64,000 nt of DNA, taken from assembly GCA_038207335.1 (NCBI GenBank), contig JBBQZX010000009.1, positions 1-64,000 of the forward strand, written 5' to 3'. Of this stretch, positions 1-10,314 are shown piece by piece (within the stretch, counting starts at the first letter, position 1; the number at the start of each line of letters is the position of its first letter). This DNA comes from Chthoniobacterales bacterium. GTDB lineage: Bacteria > Verrucomicrobiota > Verrucomicrobiia > Chthoniobacterales > Chthoniobacteraceae. The translations under genes were made by a program, and so were the position numbers. The notes beneath the pieces were generated by a model, which was not told where the DNA came from, searched no databases, and saw only the letters and a program-made list of their open reading frames with translations.

Positions 1-1270
1 GTTTTTGGGCGGGCGGCTCGGGAGAAATTTTGGGAGCAAGGGCGGCGGGCTTTTCCGCGGTCGGGCTGGGAAGGGGCTTGGCAGCAGGCTTCGGAGGCGA
101 TGGGCGCGTGGCGGGCTGCGCGATCTCCTTGCCGTCGCGCATCGCCGCGAGGGCATCGATCACGTCGGTCAGACTGGCCTGGCTGAGCGTCTGAATCGCG
201 CGGATGACGGCGATCTCGAAGTGCATCCGCTTGTTCGTCGCCCATTTCATCTGCGATTCGGCACCCGCGAATTGCTCGATCAGTTCGAGCAATTTGCTCA
301 TCGGCAGCCGCTCGGCCTGCGCGGCCAAGGCGGCGAGCGCGTCGTCGCCGAGCTCGTCTTTCACCCCGCCGGGATCGGCTTTGGAGACGAGCAGATTGCG
401 AAGATGCGTGATCAGGTCGCCGAGCAGACGGCTGAGTTCTTTGCCGGCTTCGGCTTGTTCGTGGATAAGGCCGAGCGCCTGCGGGACGTCGCCGGAGATC
501 AGGAATTCGCTGAGATTCGCGACGGTCTGCTTCGCGGTGAAGCCGAAGATTTTCAGCACGTCGGACTCCTCGATTTTGTCGCCGCAGAACGCGACGAGTT
601 GATCGAGCATCGACTCGGCATCGCGCATGCCGCCTTCCGCGCCGCGCCCAAGCGTTTCGGCGGCGGCGGAGGACAGGGTGATGTTTTCTTTCTTCGCGAT
701 TTCGAGCAGGTGTCCGGAGATGAGCGGGACGGAAATCCGCTTCAAATCGAAGCGCTGACAACGGCTCAGGATGGTCGTCGGGACCTTCTCGATGTTCGTC
801 GTCGCGAACAAAAACATGACGTGCGGCGGCGGCTCCTCGAGCGTTTTGAGCAGCACGTTGAACGACGACGCGGAGAGCATGTGGACCTCGTCCACGATGT
901 AGATTTTGTATTTCCCGCGCGTCGGCTGGTACTTGACGTTTTCGATGATGATCTCGCGGATTTTATCGACCTGCGTGTTCGATGCGGCGTCGAACTCCAT
1001 GACGTCCATCCCTGTGCCACGCTCGATCTCGCGGCAGGCGTCGCACTCGCCGCACGGCTGGGTCGTCGGCCCTTTTTCGCAGTTGAGCGCCTTTGCCATG
1101 ATGCGCGCGGTGGAGGTTTTTCCTGTGCCGCGCGGCCCGACAAAAATGTAGGCGTGCGCGAGTCGCTGCTGCTCGATCGCGTTCTTGAGCGTGGTGGTGA
1201 TGTGCTCCTGCCCGATGACGTCGTCAAACGTCTGCGGGCGATATTTGCGTGCGAAAACCGTGTAGCTCAC
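1..1270 (-). CDS. dnaX: DNA polymerase III subunit gamma/tau (3' end runs off the window)
   Basis: Manual minus-strand translation from GTG at 1270: SYTVFARKYRPQTFDDVIGQEH, Walker A GPRGTGKT, Zn module CGECDAC, DEVHML, SRCQRF, then a Pro/Ala linker. Not in the ORF track because there is no stop within the window. Confidence 0.95.
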   Translation of the reverse strand, partial: MSYTVFARKYRPQTFDDVIGQEHITTTLKNAIEQQRLAHAYIFVGPRGTGKTSTARIMAKALNCEKGPTTQPCGECDACREIERGTGMDVMEFDAASNTQVDKIREIIIENVKYQPTRGKYKIYIVDEVHMLSASSFNVLLKTLEEPPPHVMFLFATTNIEKVPTTILSRCQRFDLKRISVPLISGHLLEIAKKENITLSSAAAETLGRGAEGGMRDAESMLDQLVAFCGDKIEESDVLKIFGFTAKQTVANLSEFLISGDVPQALGLIHEQAEAGKELSRLLGDLITHLRNLLVSKADPGGVKDELGDDALAALAAQAERLPMSKLLELIEQFAGAESQMKWATNKRMHFEIAVIRAIQTLSQASLTDVIDALAAMRDGKEIAQPATRPSPPKPAAKPLPSPTAEKPAALAPKISPEPPAQK

Positions 1271-1375
1271 GCGCAAACGCTAATGACCTCGCGTGAGGCG
1301 GCCAATCAAAAGTGCGGCGCGGAAATGCACGCTTTTCCTCGACGCTTCTCCGCCTCGCGCCGAAATACTCCGACC

Positions 1376-2755
1376 ATGCTCGGCAACCTCATCGGCCCCG
1401 AAATCAAGCAGCTCATCGAGGCGCGCAATTTCGTGGGCTTGCACAAAGTCCTCGTGGATTTTTCGCCGGCGGATGTGGCCGAGCTGATCACCGATTTGGC
1501 CGATGAAGATCAGGCGGTCGTCTTCCGTCTGCTGCCTCATGGCGAGGCGACAGAGGTGCTTGAATATCTCGACCCCGAGGCGCAGCACGATGTCCTGCGC
1601 TCGATGGGACGCGAGGAGGCCGCGCGCATCCTGAATGACATGTCGCCGGACGACCGCACCGCGCTGCTGGAGGAACTGCCGGGCGCGGCGGTGGCGCAGC
1701 TTTTGACCCTGCTCTCGCCCACGGAGCGCGCGGTCGCGCAGCAGCTTTTAAATTACCCGGAGGAAAGCGTGGGCCGGCTGATGACGCCTGATTTCATCAG
1801 CGTTCGCGGCGACTGGACCATCCGACAAACGCTCGATCACATTCGGGAAAATGGGAACGATTCCGAGACGCTGAATGTGCTCTACGTGACCGATGAGCGT
1901 GGACGTTTGATCGACGATATTCGCATCCGCGAAATCCTGCTGCGGCCTGTGGAAACGAAAGTCTCCGAGCTGCACGACAGCTCATTCGTGTCGCTGCGCG
2001 CGACGGACGATGCGGAGGTGGCGCTCGCGCTTTTCAAAAAATACGACCGTAACACGCTGCCGGTGATCGACTCGGAGGAGAAGCTGCTCGGGATCGTAAC
2101 GGTCGATGACATGCTCGACGTGCAGGAGGAGGAGGCGACCGAGGACATCCAGAAAATGGGCGGCGTCGTGGCGCTCGACGAGCCCTACATGGATGCGTCG
2201 CTGCTCGAGATGGTGAAGCGGCGCGCGCCGTGGCTCGCGATTCTTTTTGTCGGCGAAATGTTCACGGCGGTGGCAATGGGATATTTTCAGCACGAGATCG
2301 AGAGGGCGTTTGTACTGACGCTTTTCGTGCCGCTGATTTTGTCGAGCGGCGGCAACTCGGGGTCGCAGGCTTCGACTCTCATCATCCGCGCAATGGCGCT
2401 CGGCGAAGTACGACTGCCGCAGTGGTGGGCGGTGATGAAAAAGGAGATCAAATCGGGCGTGCTGCTCGGCGGAATCCTCGGCGTGATCGGCTTCGTGCGA
2501 ATCGAGTTGTGGGCGCTCTTTTCCACGACTTACGGGCCGCATCATTTTCTCGTGGCGCTCACGGTTTCGTTCGCGGTCATGGGCGTAGTGCTGTGGGGCG
2601 CGCTGACGGGCTCGATGCTGCCGATGATCTTGCGCCGCTGCGGGCTCGACCCGGCGACCTCGTCCGCGCCGTTCGTGGCGACGCTCGTGGATGTTACGGG
2701 GCTGGTGATTTACTTCAGCGTCGCACTGCTGCTGCTGCGCGGGTCGGTGCTTTGA
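1376..2755 (+). CDS. mgtE: Magnesium transporter MgtE
   Basis: True start MLGNLIGPEI (ATG 1376) inside track ORF 5..2755; MgtE_N helical domain, CBS pair, TM motifs SSGGNSGSQ and PFVATLVDVTG. Confidence 0.93.
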   Translation: MLGNLIGPEIKQLIEARNFVGLHKVLVDFSPADVAELITDLADEDQAVVFRLLPHGEATEVLEYLDPEAQHDVLRSMGREEAARILNDMSPDDRTALLEELPGAAVAQLLTLLSPTERAVAQQLLNYPEESVGRLMTPDFISVRGDWTIRQTLDHIRENGNDSETLNVLYVTDERGRLIDDIRIREILLRPVETKVSELHDSSFVSLRATDDAEVALALFKKYDRNTLPVIDSEEKLLGIVTVDDMLDVQEEEATEDIQKMGGVVALDEPYMDASLLEMVKRRAPWLAILFVGEMFTAVAMGYFQHEIERAFVLTLFVPLILSSGGNSGSQASTLIIRAMALGEVRLPQWWAVMKKEIKSGVLLGGILGVIGFVRIELWALFSTTYGPHHFLVALTVSFAVMGVVLWGALTGSMLPMILRRCGLDPATSSAPFVATLVDVTGLVIYFSVALLLLRGSVL

Positions 2756-2838
2756 AAATCGCGGCTGCCGGACGGGATTCTCCCTTTTCCTCGGGGGAAA
2801 AATTTGCTCATCTGCGTCGCACTACGGCACGCCGCGCG

Positions 2839-4176
2839 ATGAATCCTCCCAAATCCAAAGGCAAAATCCTGGTCGGTGAAGAGGTCCGCGTGACCGCTTT
2901 CAAAATGAGCGAGGCGCTGCGGAATCGCGGCTACGAGGTCGAGGTCGCGACCGATGGCGAGGAGTGCCTGCGAAAGGCGCGCGAGATCGCCCCGGACCTC
3001 GCGATCCTCGACATGACGATGCCGCGCGTCCACGGGTTCGGCATTTTGAAAACGATGCACGCCGACCCGTGCTGCTCAAAAACCGGCGTGATCGTCTGCA
3101 TGACGCGCGACTTGAAAATCGACAAGGCGACGCTCGGCGATCTCGGGCGCTTCGACATGCTGCTGAAGCCCTTCGACATGGATGATCTCGTGGCGAAAGT
3201 GGACGCGTTTTTCACGCGTCGGCAGCGAATGAGTGCCGGGAGCGCTGCGGACGAAACGCCGGTCGTGGAGCCGGAGCATTTCAAGCCGCGGCTCGCGTCA
3301 TCGCGCGGGCGTTTCAGCCTGTGGGGAACGCGCGGCTCGACGCCGACGCCCGGCGGGCGGTTTCTGCGTCACGGCGGAAATACGTCGTGCCTCTCGGTCA
3401 CGCACGGCGAAGAGAAATTCATCTTCGACGCGGGCTCCGGCATTCGTGATCTCGGGCTTGCGCTGATGACGCAGACGGCGAGGAAGCTGCACCTATTCAT
3501 CACGCACACGCACTGGGATCACATCCAGGGCTTCCCGTTTTTCGCGCCCGCGTATCAGCCCGGATTCGAGATCGAAATTTACGGTGCGGAGAGCTTCGGG
3601 AAAAATCTCGAGTCGATCTTCCGCGGGCAGCTTGACCGCGAATATTTCCCTGTCCAGATGGACGACATGAACTCGGCGATTTGCTTCAAGCATCTCGACT
3701 CGAATCCGCATGTTTTCGGAGGCGTGAAAATCTCGTGGGAATTCATGCAGCACCCCGGCGCCACTGTCGGGTACAAGATCGAACTCGACGGCTTCAAAAT
3801 AGCGTGGGTGCCCGACAATGAGTTTTTGCAGGGCTACACGGGCTCGCCGGAGGGGATCACGATCGATCATCCGCTCGTCGCGCCGTATCGGAAACAGATC
3901 GCGTTTTTCTCCGACGTGGACGTGCTCATCCACGAGGCGCAATACACGAATGACGAATACGTGGACAAAATCGGCTGGGGTCACAGCTCGGTGTCAAACG
4001 TCTGCATGCTTGCGAAATTCGCCCGCGTGAAGCGGTGGATCATCACGCATCACGACCCGATGCACGATGACAACTTCCTTGAGAACAAGCTGAACATGAC
4101 ACGCCAAATCCTCGATAGCATCGGTCACGAGTGCCAAGTGAGTCATGGCTACGATGGGCAGACGGAGTATATCTGA
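2839..4176 (+). CDS. Response-regulator receiver domain fused to metallo-beta-lactamase-fold hydrolase (phosphodiesterase-like)
   Basis: ATG 2839; REC motifs AILDMTMP and LLKPF; MBL motifs WGTRGS, GGNTSC, FDAGSG, THTHWDH, WGHS, THHDP. Confidence 0.85.
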   Translation: MNPPKSKGKILVGEEVRVTAFKMSEALRNRGYEVEVATDGEECLRKAREIAPDLAILDMTMPRVHGFGILKTMHADPCCSKTGVIVCMTRDLKIDKATLGDLGRFDMLLKPFDMDDLVAKVDAFFTRRQRMSAGSAADETPVVEPEHFKPRLASSRGRFSLWGTRGSTPTPGGRFLRHGGNTSCLSVTHGEEKFIFDAGSGIRDLGLALMTQTARKLHLFITHTHWDHIQGFPFFAPAYQPGFEIEIYGAESFGKNLESIFRGQLDREYFPVQMDDMNSAICFKHLDSNPHVFGGVKISWEFMQHPGATVGYKIELDGFKIAWVPDNEFLQGYTGSPEGITIDHPLVAPYRKQIAFFSDVDVLIHEAQYTNDEYVDKIGWGHSSVSNVCMLAKFARVKRWIITHHDPMHDDNFLENKLNMTRQILDSIGHECQVSHGYDGQTEYI

Positions 4177-4179
4177 GCG

Positions 4180-5124
4180 ATGAACGAACCCGAGACGCCC
4201 GAGGAAAAGCCGCGCGTAGTTTTGCGAAAAGAGACGCCGGAGACGCGTGAGAGAAGGGCTGAGGAATTCGTGCCGCAATATGTGCATCTGCCTGAGCGTC
4301 CTCGGTCGGCGGGCACGCGGAATCTGCAGCTTGGCGTCCTGTGCATCGGCTTCGCGCTCGTGCTGCTCGTCATTGCAAACGTGCTCTCCGGCTCGCGTAC
4401 GCTGCTTCCGCTGGCGTCGTGCCTGCTGGCGTTCACGCTGCTCTGGGTGCTCGCCAGAATGCATCTTTTTCATCAGCGAAATGGAGTGTTCCTCGCCGTC
4501 GGGCTGGTCTTTCTGCTCGGTGGGGCGCTCGCGTTTTTCGAGCGAGGATATTCGGCTGCAAGCCGCTTCGCGCACATGCCGACGATGGCCGACCTACCCG
4601 CGACGCTTGCGCCCGCAGCGACGCCTGCGCCGGAGATCGCCGTGGAGCCCCGGTCGCTGACGCAGGTGTTCGGAAAAGTGGACGCCGTGACGACGGGGCG
4701 GCGCGTCGAGGTGCTGAAAGACTCACGGGTTTCCGTGAAGGGAGAGCCGTATCTCATCAAGCAAGGCGAGATGCTCGCGCTCGATGAGATGAAAGGCGAC
4801 AGGGCGATCGTGAGCGTCGGCGACATGCGCATTTCGCTCGCCAGCAGCGACGTTCAAATCGTGAGCGGGGCCAACGATGAGAAACCCGCGCCCGCGACGG
4901 AAGCTCCCACGACGCCTGCCGAAATCACCAAGCGCGCGCAACTCGAAGCCGTCCGTCGCTACCCGGCGCTCGGGAAAAAAGATTCGCCTGAAAACGAGAT
5001 CTATATCGAGACATTCCGCGAACTTCGAAACACCGGCAGCGACCTCCTCAAAGACCCCGAATGGCCCATCCACCTCGCCGACTCAATCGCGAGAAAAGAA
5101 GGTTGGGAGCGGCAAGGGGAGTAG
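4180..5124 (+). CDS. Hypothetical membrane protein (3 N-terminal TM helices, Pro/Ala linker, soluble C-terminal domain)
   Basis: 314-aa ORF starting 3 bp after the upstream stop; hydrophobic segments visible. Confidence 0.7.
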   Translation: MNEPETPEEKPRVVLRKETPETRERRAEEFVPQYVHLPERPRSAGTRNLQLGVLCIGFALVLLVIANVLSGSRTLLPLASCLLAFTLLWVLARMHLFHQRNGVFLAVGLVFLLGGALAFFERGYSAASRFAHMPTMADLPATLAPAATPAPEIAVEPRSLTQVFGKVDAVTTGRRVEVLKDSRVSVKGEPYLIKQGEMLALDEMKGDRAIVSVGDMRISLASSDVQIVSGANDEKPAPATEAPTTPAEITKRAQLEAVRRYPALGKKDSPENEIYIETFRELRNTGSDLLKDPEWPIHLADSIARKEGWERQGE

Positions 5125-5212
5125 GAGGGTTCCCCCTGCGGCTACGTGGCCTCTCCCCGGAGAAACAAGGCCGGCTCGTCGCGACTCCTAGCCACCGCCA
5201 CCAACTAAGGCG

Positions 5213-6064
5213 CTACTTGAGCGAGTTGAGGTATTTGATGCTCTTTGGGATTTGCTCTTCGGAGATGGGGGATTCGTCTTCGATGAAGTAGTGCTTCACA
5301 CCGACTTTTGCGGCTTCGGCGAGGACGGCGGGCCAGTCGATTTGGCCCTCGCCGATGACGACGTTGTCTTTGACATCGGTGTGGCCGGTTTGGCTGCCGG
5401 TGGGCGCGCCTTTTCGCAGGTCTTTGAGGTGCATGAGGGAGAAGCGTGCGGGATATTTCTCCATGAGTTTCACCGGGTTTTGGCCTGGGAAGAAAATCCA
5501 GAAGACGTCCATTTCGATCGTCAGGAACTCCGGCTTCGTTTCGTGCATGAGGAGGTCAAAGAGCGTGCTGCCATCGGCTTGCGGCACGAATTCGTAGCCA
5601 TGCGGGTGGTAGGCAAATTTGATCCCGGCTTTCGAAAATGCCTCGCCCCATTTGTTGAAGTCCGCGACTGCTTTCTTCGCATTGGCTTCGGTGAATTCCT
5701 TGTCGTGCGGAATCCATGGGCAGGCGGCGTATTGCAGGCCGAGCGCCTTTGCCTCGGCAACTGTGGCGTCGATGTCTTTCTCCATCGCGGCGTATTGGAA
5801 GTGGCCGCTGATGGGCTTCAGGCCACGTTCTTCGAGCATCGCGCGGAATTTCTCCGGCGGCATTCCGTAGGCGCTAGCGGTTTCGACTTCGGTGATTCCG
5901 AAGGCTTTGACTTTGTCGAGGGTGCCGGGGACGTCGGCCTTGAATGAATCGCGGAGGCTGTAGAGCTGAAGGCCGACGACGCCTTTGAAGCTGCCGGCCG
6001 GGTCGGCGGCTTGGACGAAGAGCGGAACGAGGAGTGCGGTGAGGGCGAGGAGACGGAGTTTCAT
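5213..6064 (-). CDS. Secreted sugar phosphate isomerase/epimerase (xylose-isomerase-like TIM barrel)
   Basis: Signal peptide; GLQLYSLR, YHPHGYEF, EMDVFW, HLKD, FIEDE motifs. Confidence 0.85.
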   Translation of the reverse strand: MKLRLLALTALLVPLFVQAADPAGSFKGVVGLQLYSLRDSFKADVPGTLDKVKAFGITEVETASAYGMPPEKFRAMLEERGLKPISGHFQYAAMEKDIDATVAEAKALGLQYAACPWIPHDKEFTEANAKKAVADFNKWGEAFSKAGIKFAYHPHGYEFVPQADGSTLFDLLMHETKPEFLTIEMDVFWIFFPGQNPVKLMEKYPARFSLMHLKDLRKGAPTGSQTGHTDVKDNVVIGEGQIDWPAVLAEAAKVGVKHYFIEDESPISEEQIPKSIKYLNSLK

Positions 6065-6162
6065 GGGAGTGATTTAGATGTGCAGATTGGGGGGAAGATG
6101 GCGTGGGAGACGAGGATGATATTTTCGGAGCGAGGACGAGTAGGAGTAGGAGGACGATGGGG

Positions 6163-7530
6163 TCAGACGACCACATTCACCGCCATGATGATGACGATGG
6201 CGACGACGGCGATGCCGGTTTCCACGACCGTCCACGTCTTGAATGTCTGCTCGATCGTGAGGCCGAGGTATTCTTTCACGAACCAAAAGCCGGAGTCGTT
6301 GACGTGCGAAAAGATGAGCGAGCCGGAGCCCATCGCTAGGATGAGCAGCTCTTTGTTCACGTGCGGATTTCCGGCGATGACGGGTGCCATGAGGCCGGCG
6401 GTGGTGGTGACGGCCACGGTCGCGCTGCCGATCGCGATGCGGAGCAGGCCGGCCATGCACCAGCCGAGCAGGAGAGGGGAGATGGGCAGCGATTTTCCGA
6501 TCGTGGCGATGGCGCCGCCGACGCCGGAGTTGTCGAGCACTTTGCTAAATCCACCCCCCGCGCCGATGAGCAGCAGCAGGCCGGCGACGGGAGCGAGGCA
6601 GACCTCGCTGAATTTCAAAATCTGCGCGGCGGTGAGGCCGCAGCGCGTGCCGAATGTGTAAAACGAGACGAGCACGGCGATGAGCATGGCGACGGTCGGG
6701 GCGCCGAGGAACTCGATCCACTGGCGCGCGACGCTGGCGTCGGGGAGGGTGATTTTCGCGACGGTCGCGAGGATCATGAGGAGCACCGGGAGCAGCATGG
6801 TGAAGATGCTGACTGCGAAGCCCGGCGCGACGGGCGCGGCGGGGCGGCCGCTCATTTCGGCGAGCAGGCCGCCGAGTTCGACGGGCACGCGCGGCGAGAC
6901 CCAGCGAGCGAGGAGCGGGCCAGTGATGAGCGCGGTCGGCGCGCCGACGATGAGGGAGTAGAGGATGGTCTTGCCGGTGTCGGCGTGGATGAGCGTGATC
7001 GCGGCCATCGGGCCGGGATGTGGCGGGATGAGGCCGTGGGCGGTGGAAAGCCCGGCGCACATTGGCAGCGCGAGGCGCAGGAGCGGCGTGCCGGTTTCGC
7101 GCGCGAGCATGAATGCAATCGGTCCGAGCAGGATGACGCCGACATTGAAAAAGATGGAGATGCCGATGATGAACGCAACGATCATGACGGCGTAGTCGAG
7201 GCGCTTCGGGCCGAGCCAGCGGACCATGGTGTCGGCGATGACGTGCGCGGCGCCGGACTCGGAGAGGAGTTTCCCGAGGACCGTGCCGAGGCCGATAATC
7301 ATCGCTAGGCCGCCGAGCGTTTTGGCCACGCCGAGCTCGAAACTTTCCACGATGCCGGGCTGCGTGCCGATCGCGACGAGCGGCATGCCGGAGCCGAGGC
7401 CAACCGCGAGGGAGGCGAGGATGAGCGCGACGAAGGCGTTGCACTTGAATTTCGCGATGAGCAGGACGAGGCCGACGATGGTGCCGAATGCGAGGATGAG
7501 AAGGCCGGAGGAGGGGAGGGTGGCGAGCAT
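6163..7530 (-). CDS. gntP: GntP family gluconate:H+ symporter
   Basis: HGLIPPHPGP, RIAIGSATVA and SHVNDSGFW signatures; polytopic membrane protein. Confidence 0.9.
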   Translation of the reverse strand: MLATLPSSGLLILAFGTIVGLVLLIAKFKCNAFVALILASLAVGLGSGMPLVAIGTQPGIVESFELGVAKTLGGLAMIIGLGTVLGKLLSESGAAHVIADTMVRWLGPKRLDYAVMIVAFIIGISIFFNVGVILLGPIAFMLARETGTPLLRLALPMCAGLSTAHGLIPPHPGPMAAITLIHADTGKTILYSLIVGAPTALITGPLLARWVSPRVPVELGGLLAEMSGRPAAPVAPGFAVSIFTMLLPVLLMILATVAKITLPDASVARQWIEFLGAPTVAMLIAVLVSFYTFGTRCGLTAAQILKFSEVCLAPVAGLLLLIGAGGGFSKVLDNSGVGGAIATIGKSLPISPLLLGWCMAGLLRIAIGSATVAVTTTAGLMAPVIAGNPHVNKELLILAMGSGSLIFSHVNDSGFWFVKEYLGLTIEQTFKTWTVVETGIAVVAIVIIMAVNVVV

Positions 7531-7550
7531 GGGAGGAAGAGGGTTCTGAA

Positions 7551-7946
7551 TTAGCGGGTGAAGGAGTACCAGAAAATGCCTTCGGACATTGGGATGAATT
7601 TTGCGTGATCTGTGGGCGTGGGGATGTGGTCCATGCCGAGGGGAACGATGTAGATGCCGGCTTCAGCTTCGCCGCTGTCCTCGAGGGCGACGGCGATTCC
7701 GTCGGCGAACGCACCGACGTGGAGCGGTTTGAATTGCACGATGGACTTCGGCCAAAGCGATTGTTTGAGCGCGGTGTATTCGGGGGCGCGGGAGGCGAAG
7801 AGGTCTTTGTACATTCGGGCGCAATCGGCGCGAAGCCGCTCAGGGCCTGCATCGCGGAGCCCTGCCTCGGCGGCGGACCGGCGGGTGTCGCAGCCGGCGA
7901 GGGTCAGGATCGCGAGGAAAATGAGGAGCGCCTGGCGGATGGTCAT
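7551..7946 (-). CDS. Hypothetical lipoprotein
   Basis: MTIRQALLIFLAILTLAG-C lipobox; ATG at 7946. Confidence 0.65.
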   Translation of the reverse strand: MTIRQALLIFLAILTLAGCDTRRSAAEAGLRDAGPERLRADCARMYKDLFASRAPEYTALKQSLWPKSIVQFKPLHVGAFADGIAVALEDSGEAEAGIYIVPLGMDHIPTPTDHAKFIPMSEGIFWYSFTR

Positions 7947-8049
7947 CGGGTCGGCGGAGATTGGCGGTCGATCAGGTGCGGCGTCGAATCGAATCGAGGA
8001 GCCGCCACACGCAGGCGAGAAGTTGGAAACCATTCTTGCGGCTGCGCGG

Positions 8050-10314
8050 GTGTTGTCATGTTGTGACAATCTTCTGAGCACGCGAAAATCATCGTCTCCC
8101 GAACATGCGCCGTTTCCCGCTAATGCGCTGCGGACGCGGTGGATTGGTTTGCGGCGCGGCGATGCGGGCGATGCGCCGCCTGCGGTTTATTTACGGCGCG
8201 CGTTTGAGGTGGGGGAGGCTCCGGCGGTGGCGCGGTTGCGGATCACGGCACGCGGGATTTTCGTTACGGAGATCAATGGCGTGCGTGTCGGCGCGGATGT
8301 GCTCACGCCGGGGTGGACGGACTACCGCAAGCGCCTCGATTTCCTCACGTATGACGTCACCGCGCTTCTCCGCGCGGGGCGCAATGTGTGGCGCGTGGCG
8401 CTCGGGGATGGCTGGTGGAGCGGCATCTTGAGCGAGCCGCAATTCAATCTCCGCTACGGCCTCGACCCGTCGCTGTGCGCGGAATTGCAGCTTACGGATT
8501 CTGCCGGCCGCGAGACTTTCATTCGGACGGACGCACAGTGGGAGGCCACGGCGAACGGGCCGGTGCGCGCGAATTCCCTCTACCACGGCGAGACTCACGA
8601 CGCGCGCATTTGGTTGCGCGGTTGGCGTCCCGCCGAGCTCTTCGACACTCCCGCGATCCTGCTCGAGCCGAAGCCCGCGCCCCCCGTCCGTATCATGGAA
8701 GAGCGCGCGCCTGTCGCCATGACGGAGCCCGCTCCCGGCGTCTTCATCTTCGACCTCGCCGAGAACATCACCGGCTGGGCGCGCCTGCAAGTATCAGCCT
8801 CCGCGGGCGATGCGGTGCGGATGCGCTTCGGCGAGATGCTCCAGGCGGACGGCACGCTTTACGTCGCGAATCTCCGCACCGCCCGGGCCACCGACTGCTA
8901 CATCTGTCGCGGCGGCGGTGTGGAAACATGGGAGCCCAGCTTCACCTTCCACGGCTTCCGATACGTCGAAGTCACGGGCCTCGACGCGCCGCCGGCGATC
9001 ACCGGCATCGTCGTCTATTCGGACCTCGCGGACGTTGGCGAATTCGAGTGCTCCGACCCGCTCATCAACCAACTCCAGCGCTGCATTGTGCGCGGCCAGA
9101 AGGGCAACTTCGTGGACATCCCCACCGACTGCCCGCAGCGCGACGAGCGCCTCGGCTGGAGTGGCGACGCGCAGGTCTTCGCCCCCACCGCGCTCTACAA
9201 CATGGCGTGCGGCCCGCTTTTCGCCTCCTGGATGCGCGCCATGCGCGACGCTCAGCGGCCCGACGGCGCATTCCCCGACCTCGCCCCGCACATCATCCTC
9301 GAGCACGGCAACGCCGGCTGGGGCGACGCCGGGGTCATCGTCCCGTGGACCGTCTGGCAGCACACCGGCGACACCGCCATTCTCGTGGAAAACTACGCCG
9401 CCATGTCGCGCTGGATCGACTTCCAACTCGCCACCAGCCGCGACCTCATTCGCCCAGACACGCTCTTCGGCGACTGGCTCGCCGTCGATGCCGCGCAGCC
9501 GCAGCACGGCCCCACGCCAAAGGACCTCATCGGCACCGCCTACTTCGCCCGCACTGCGCGCATGATGGGCGAGATCGCCGTCGAACTCGGACACAAGCGC
9601 GACGCCACCCGCTTCGCCCGCCTCGCGGCGAAAGTGCGCGCCGCATTCCAGCGCGAGTTCATCACACAAACCGGACGCATCCTCGGCGACACGCAGACCG
9701 CCTACCTCATGGCCCTCGGCTTCGACCTCATCCCCGCGCGCCTCCGCCCCCGCGCCATCGCCCGCCTCGTCGAGCTCATCCGTTCGCGCGACTGGCACCT
9801 CACCACCGGCTTCCTCGGCACCCCGCTCCTCGGCCCCGTCCTCACCGCCTGCGGCCGCACCGACGTCGCCTACCGCCTCCTCATGCAGCAGGCCTACCCG
9901 AGCTGGCTCTACCCTGTCCTGAACGGCGCCACCACCATGTGGGAGCGCTGGAATTCCTACACCCGCGAGACCGGCTTCGGCGACGTGGGCATGAACTCCT
10001 TCAACCACTACGCCTACGGAGCCATCGGCGAATGGCTCTACGCCACTGTTGCCGGCATCGCCCCAGCCGCCCCCGGCTTCCACCGCATCCGCATCGCGCC
10101 TGAGCCGGGCGGGGGACTCACCTCTGCGCGGGCGAAAATCACCACGCCACGCGGCGTCGTCAGCGTTCAGTGGAAAGTGCGCGCCCGCAAATTCCACCTC
10201 AGCGTCACCCTGCCGCCCAGCGCCATCGGCGAACTCCACCTCCCCGGCGCTCCACGCAAAAAGCCCATCCCCCTCCCGCCCGGCACCCACACCTTCCACA
10301 GCACCCTCCCATGA
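8050..10314 (+). CDS. Alpha-L-rhamnosidase (GH78); start codon uncertain (GTG 8050, TTG 8053 or CTG 8074)
   Basis: PGWTDY, FHGFRYVEV, PTDCPQRDERLGWSGD, GATTMWERWN and SFNHYAYG GH78 motifs. Confidence 0.9.
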   Translation: MLSCCDNLLSTRKSSSPEHAPFPANALRTRWIGLRRGDAGDAPPAVYLRRAFEVGEAPAVARLRITARGIFVTEINGVRVGADVLTPGWTDYRKRLDFLTYDVTALLRAGRNVWRVALGDGWWSGILSEPQFNLRYGLDPSLCAELQLTDSAGRETFIRTDAQWEATANGPVRANSLYHGETHDARIWLRGWRPAELFDTPAILLEPKPAPPVRIMEERAPVAMTEPAPGVFIFDLAENITGWARLQVSASAGDAVRMRFGEMLQADGTLYVANLRTARATDCYICRGGGVETWEPSFTFHGFRYVEVTGLDAPPAITGIVVYSDLADVGEFECSDPLINQLQRCIVRGQKGNFVDIPTDCPQRDERLGWSGDAQVFAPTALYNMACGPLFASWMRAMRDAQRPDGAFPDLAPHIILEHGNAGWGDAGVIVPWTVWQHTGDTAILVENYAAMSRWIDFQLATSRDLIRPDTLFGDWLAVDAAQPQHGPTPKDLIGTAYFARTARMMGEIAVELGHKRDATRFARLAAKVRAAFQREFITQTGRILGDTQTAYLMALGFDLIPARLRPRAIARLVELIRSRDWHLTTGFLGTPLLGPVLTACGRTDVAYRLLMQQAYPSWLYPVLNGATTMWERWNSYTRETGFGDVGMNSFNHYAYGAIGEWLYATVAGIAPAAPGFHRIRIAPEPGGGLTSARAKITTPRGVVSVQWKVRARKFHLSVTLPPSAIGELHLPGAPRKKPIPLPPGTHTFHSTLP
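8053..8069. promoter_or_regulatory. Palindromic operator-like site TTGTCA-N5-TGACAA
   Basis: Perfect 6-bp inverted repeat in the divergent intergenic region, at the GH78 start. Confidence 0.45.

Noticed and set aside
1..120. Programmed frameshift site in dnaX
   Set aside because: No A AAA AAG heptamer or long A run in the visible part; the frame stays open to the window edge.
5..1375. N-terminal 457 aa of the 916-aa track ORF as an MgtE fusion
   Set aside because: It is the antisense shadow of dnaX; MgtE starts at 1376.
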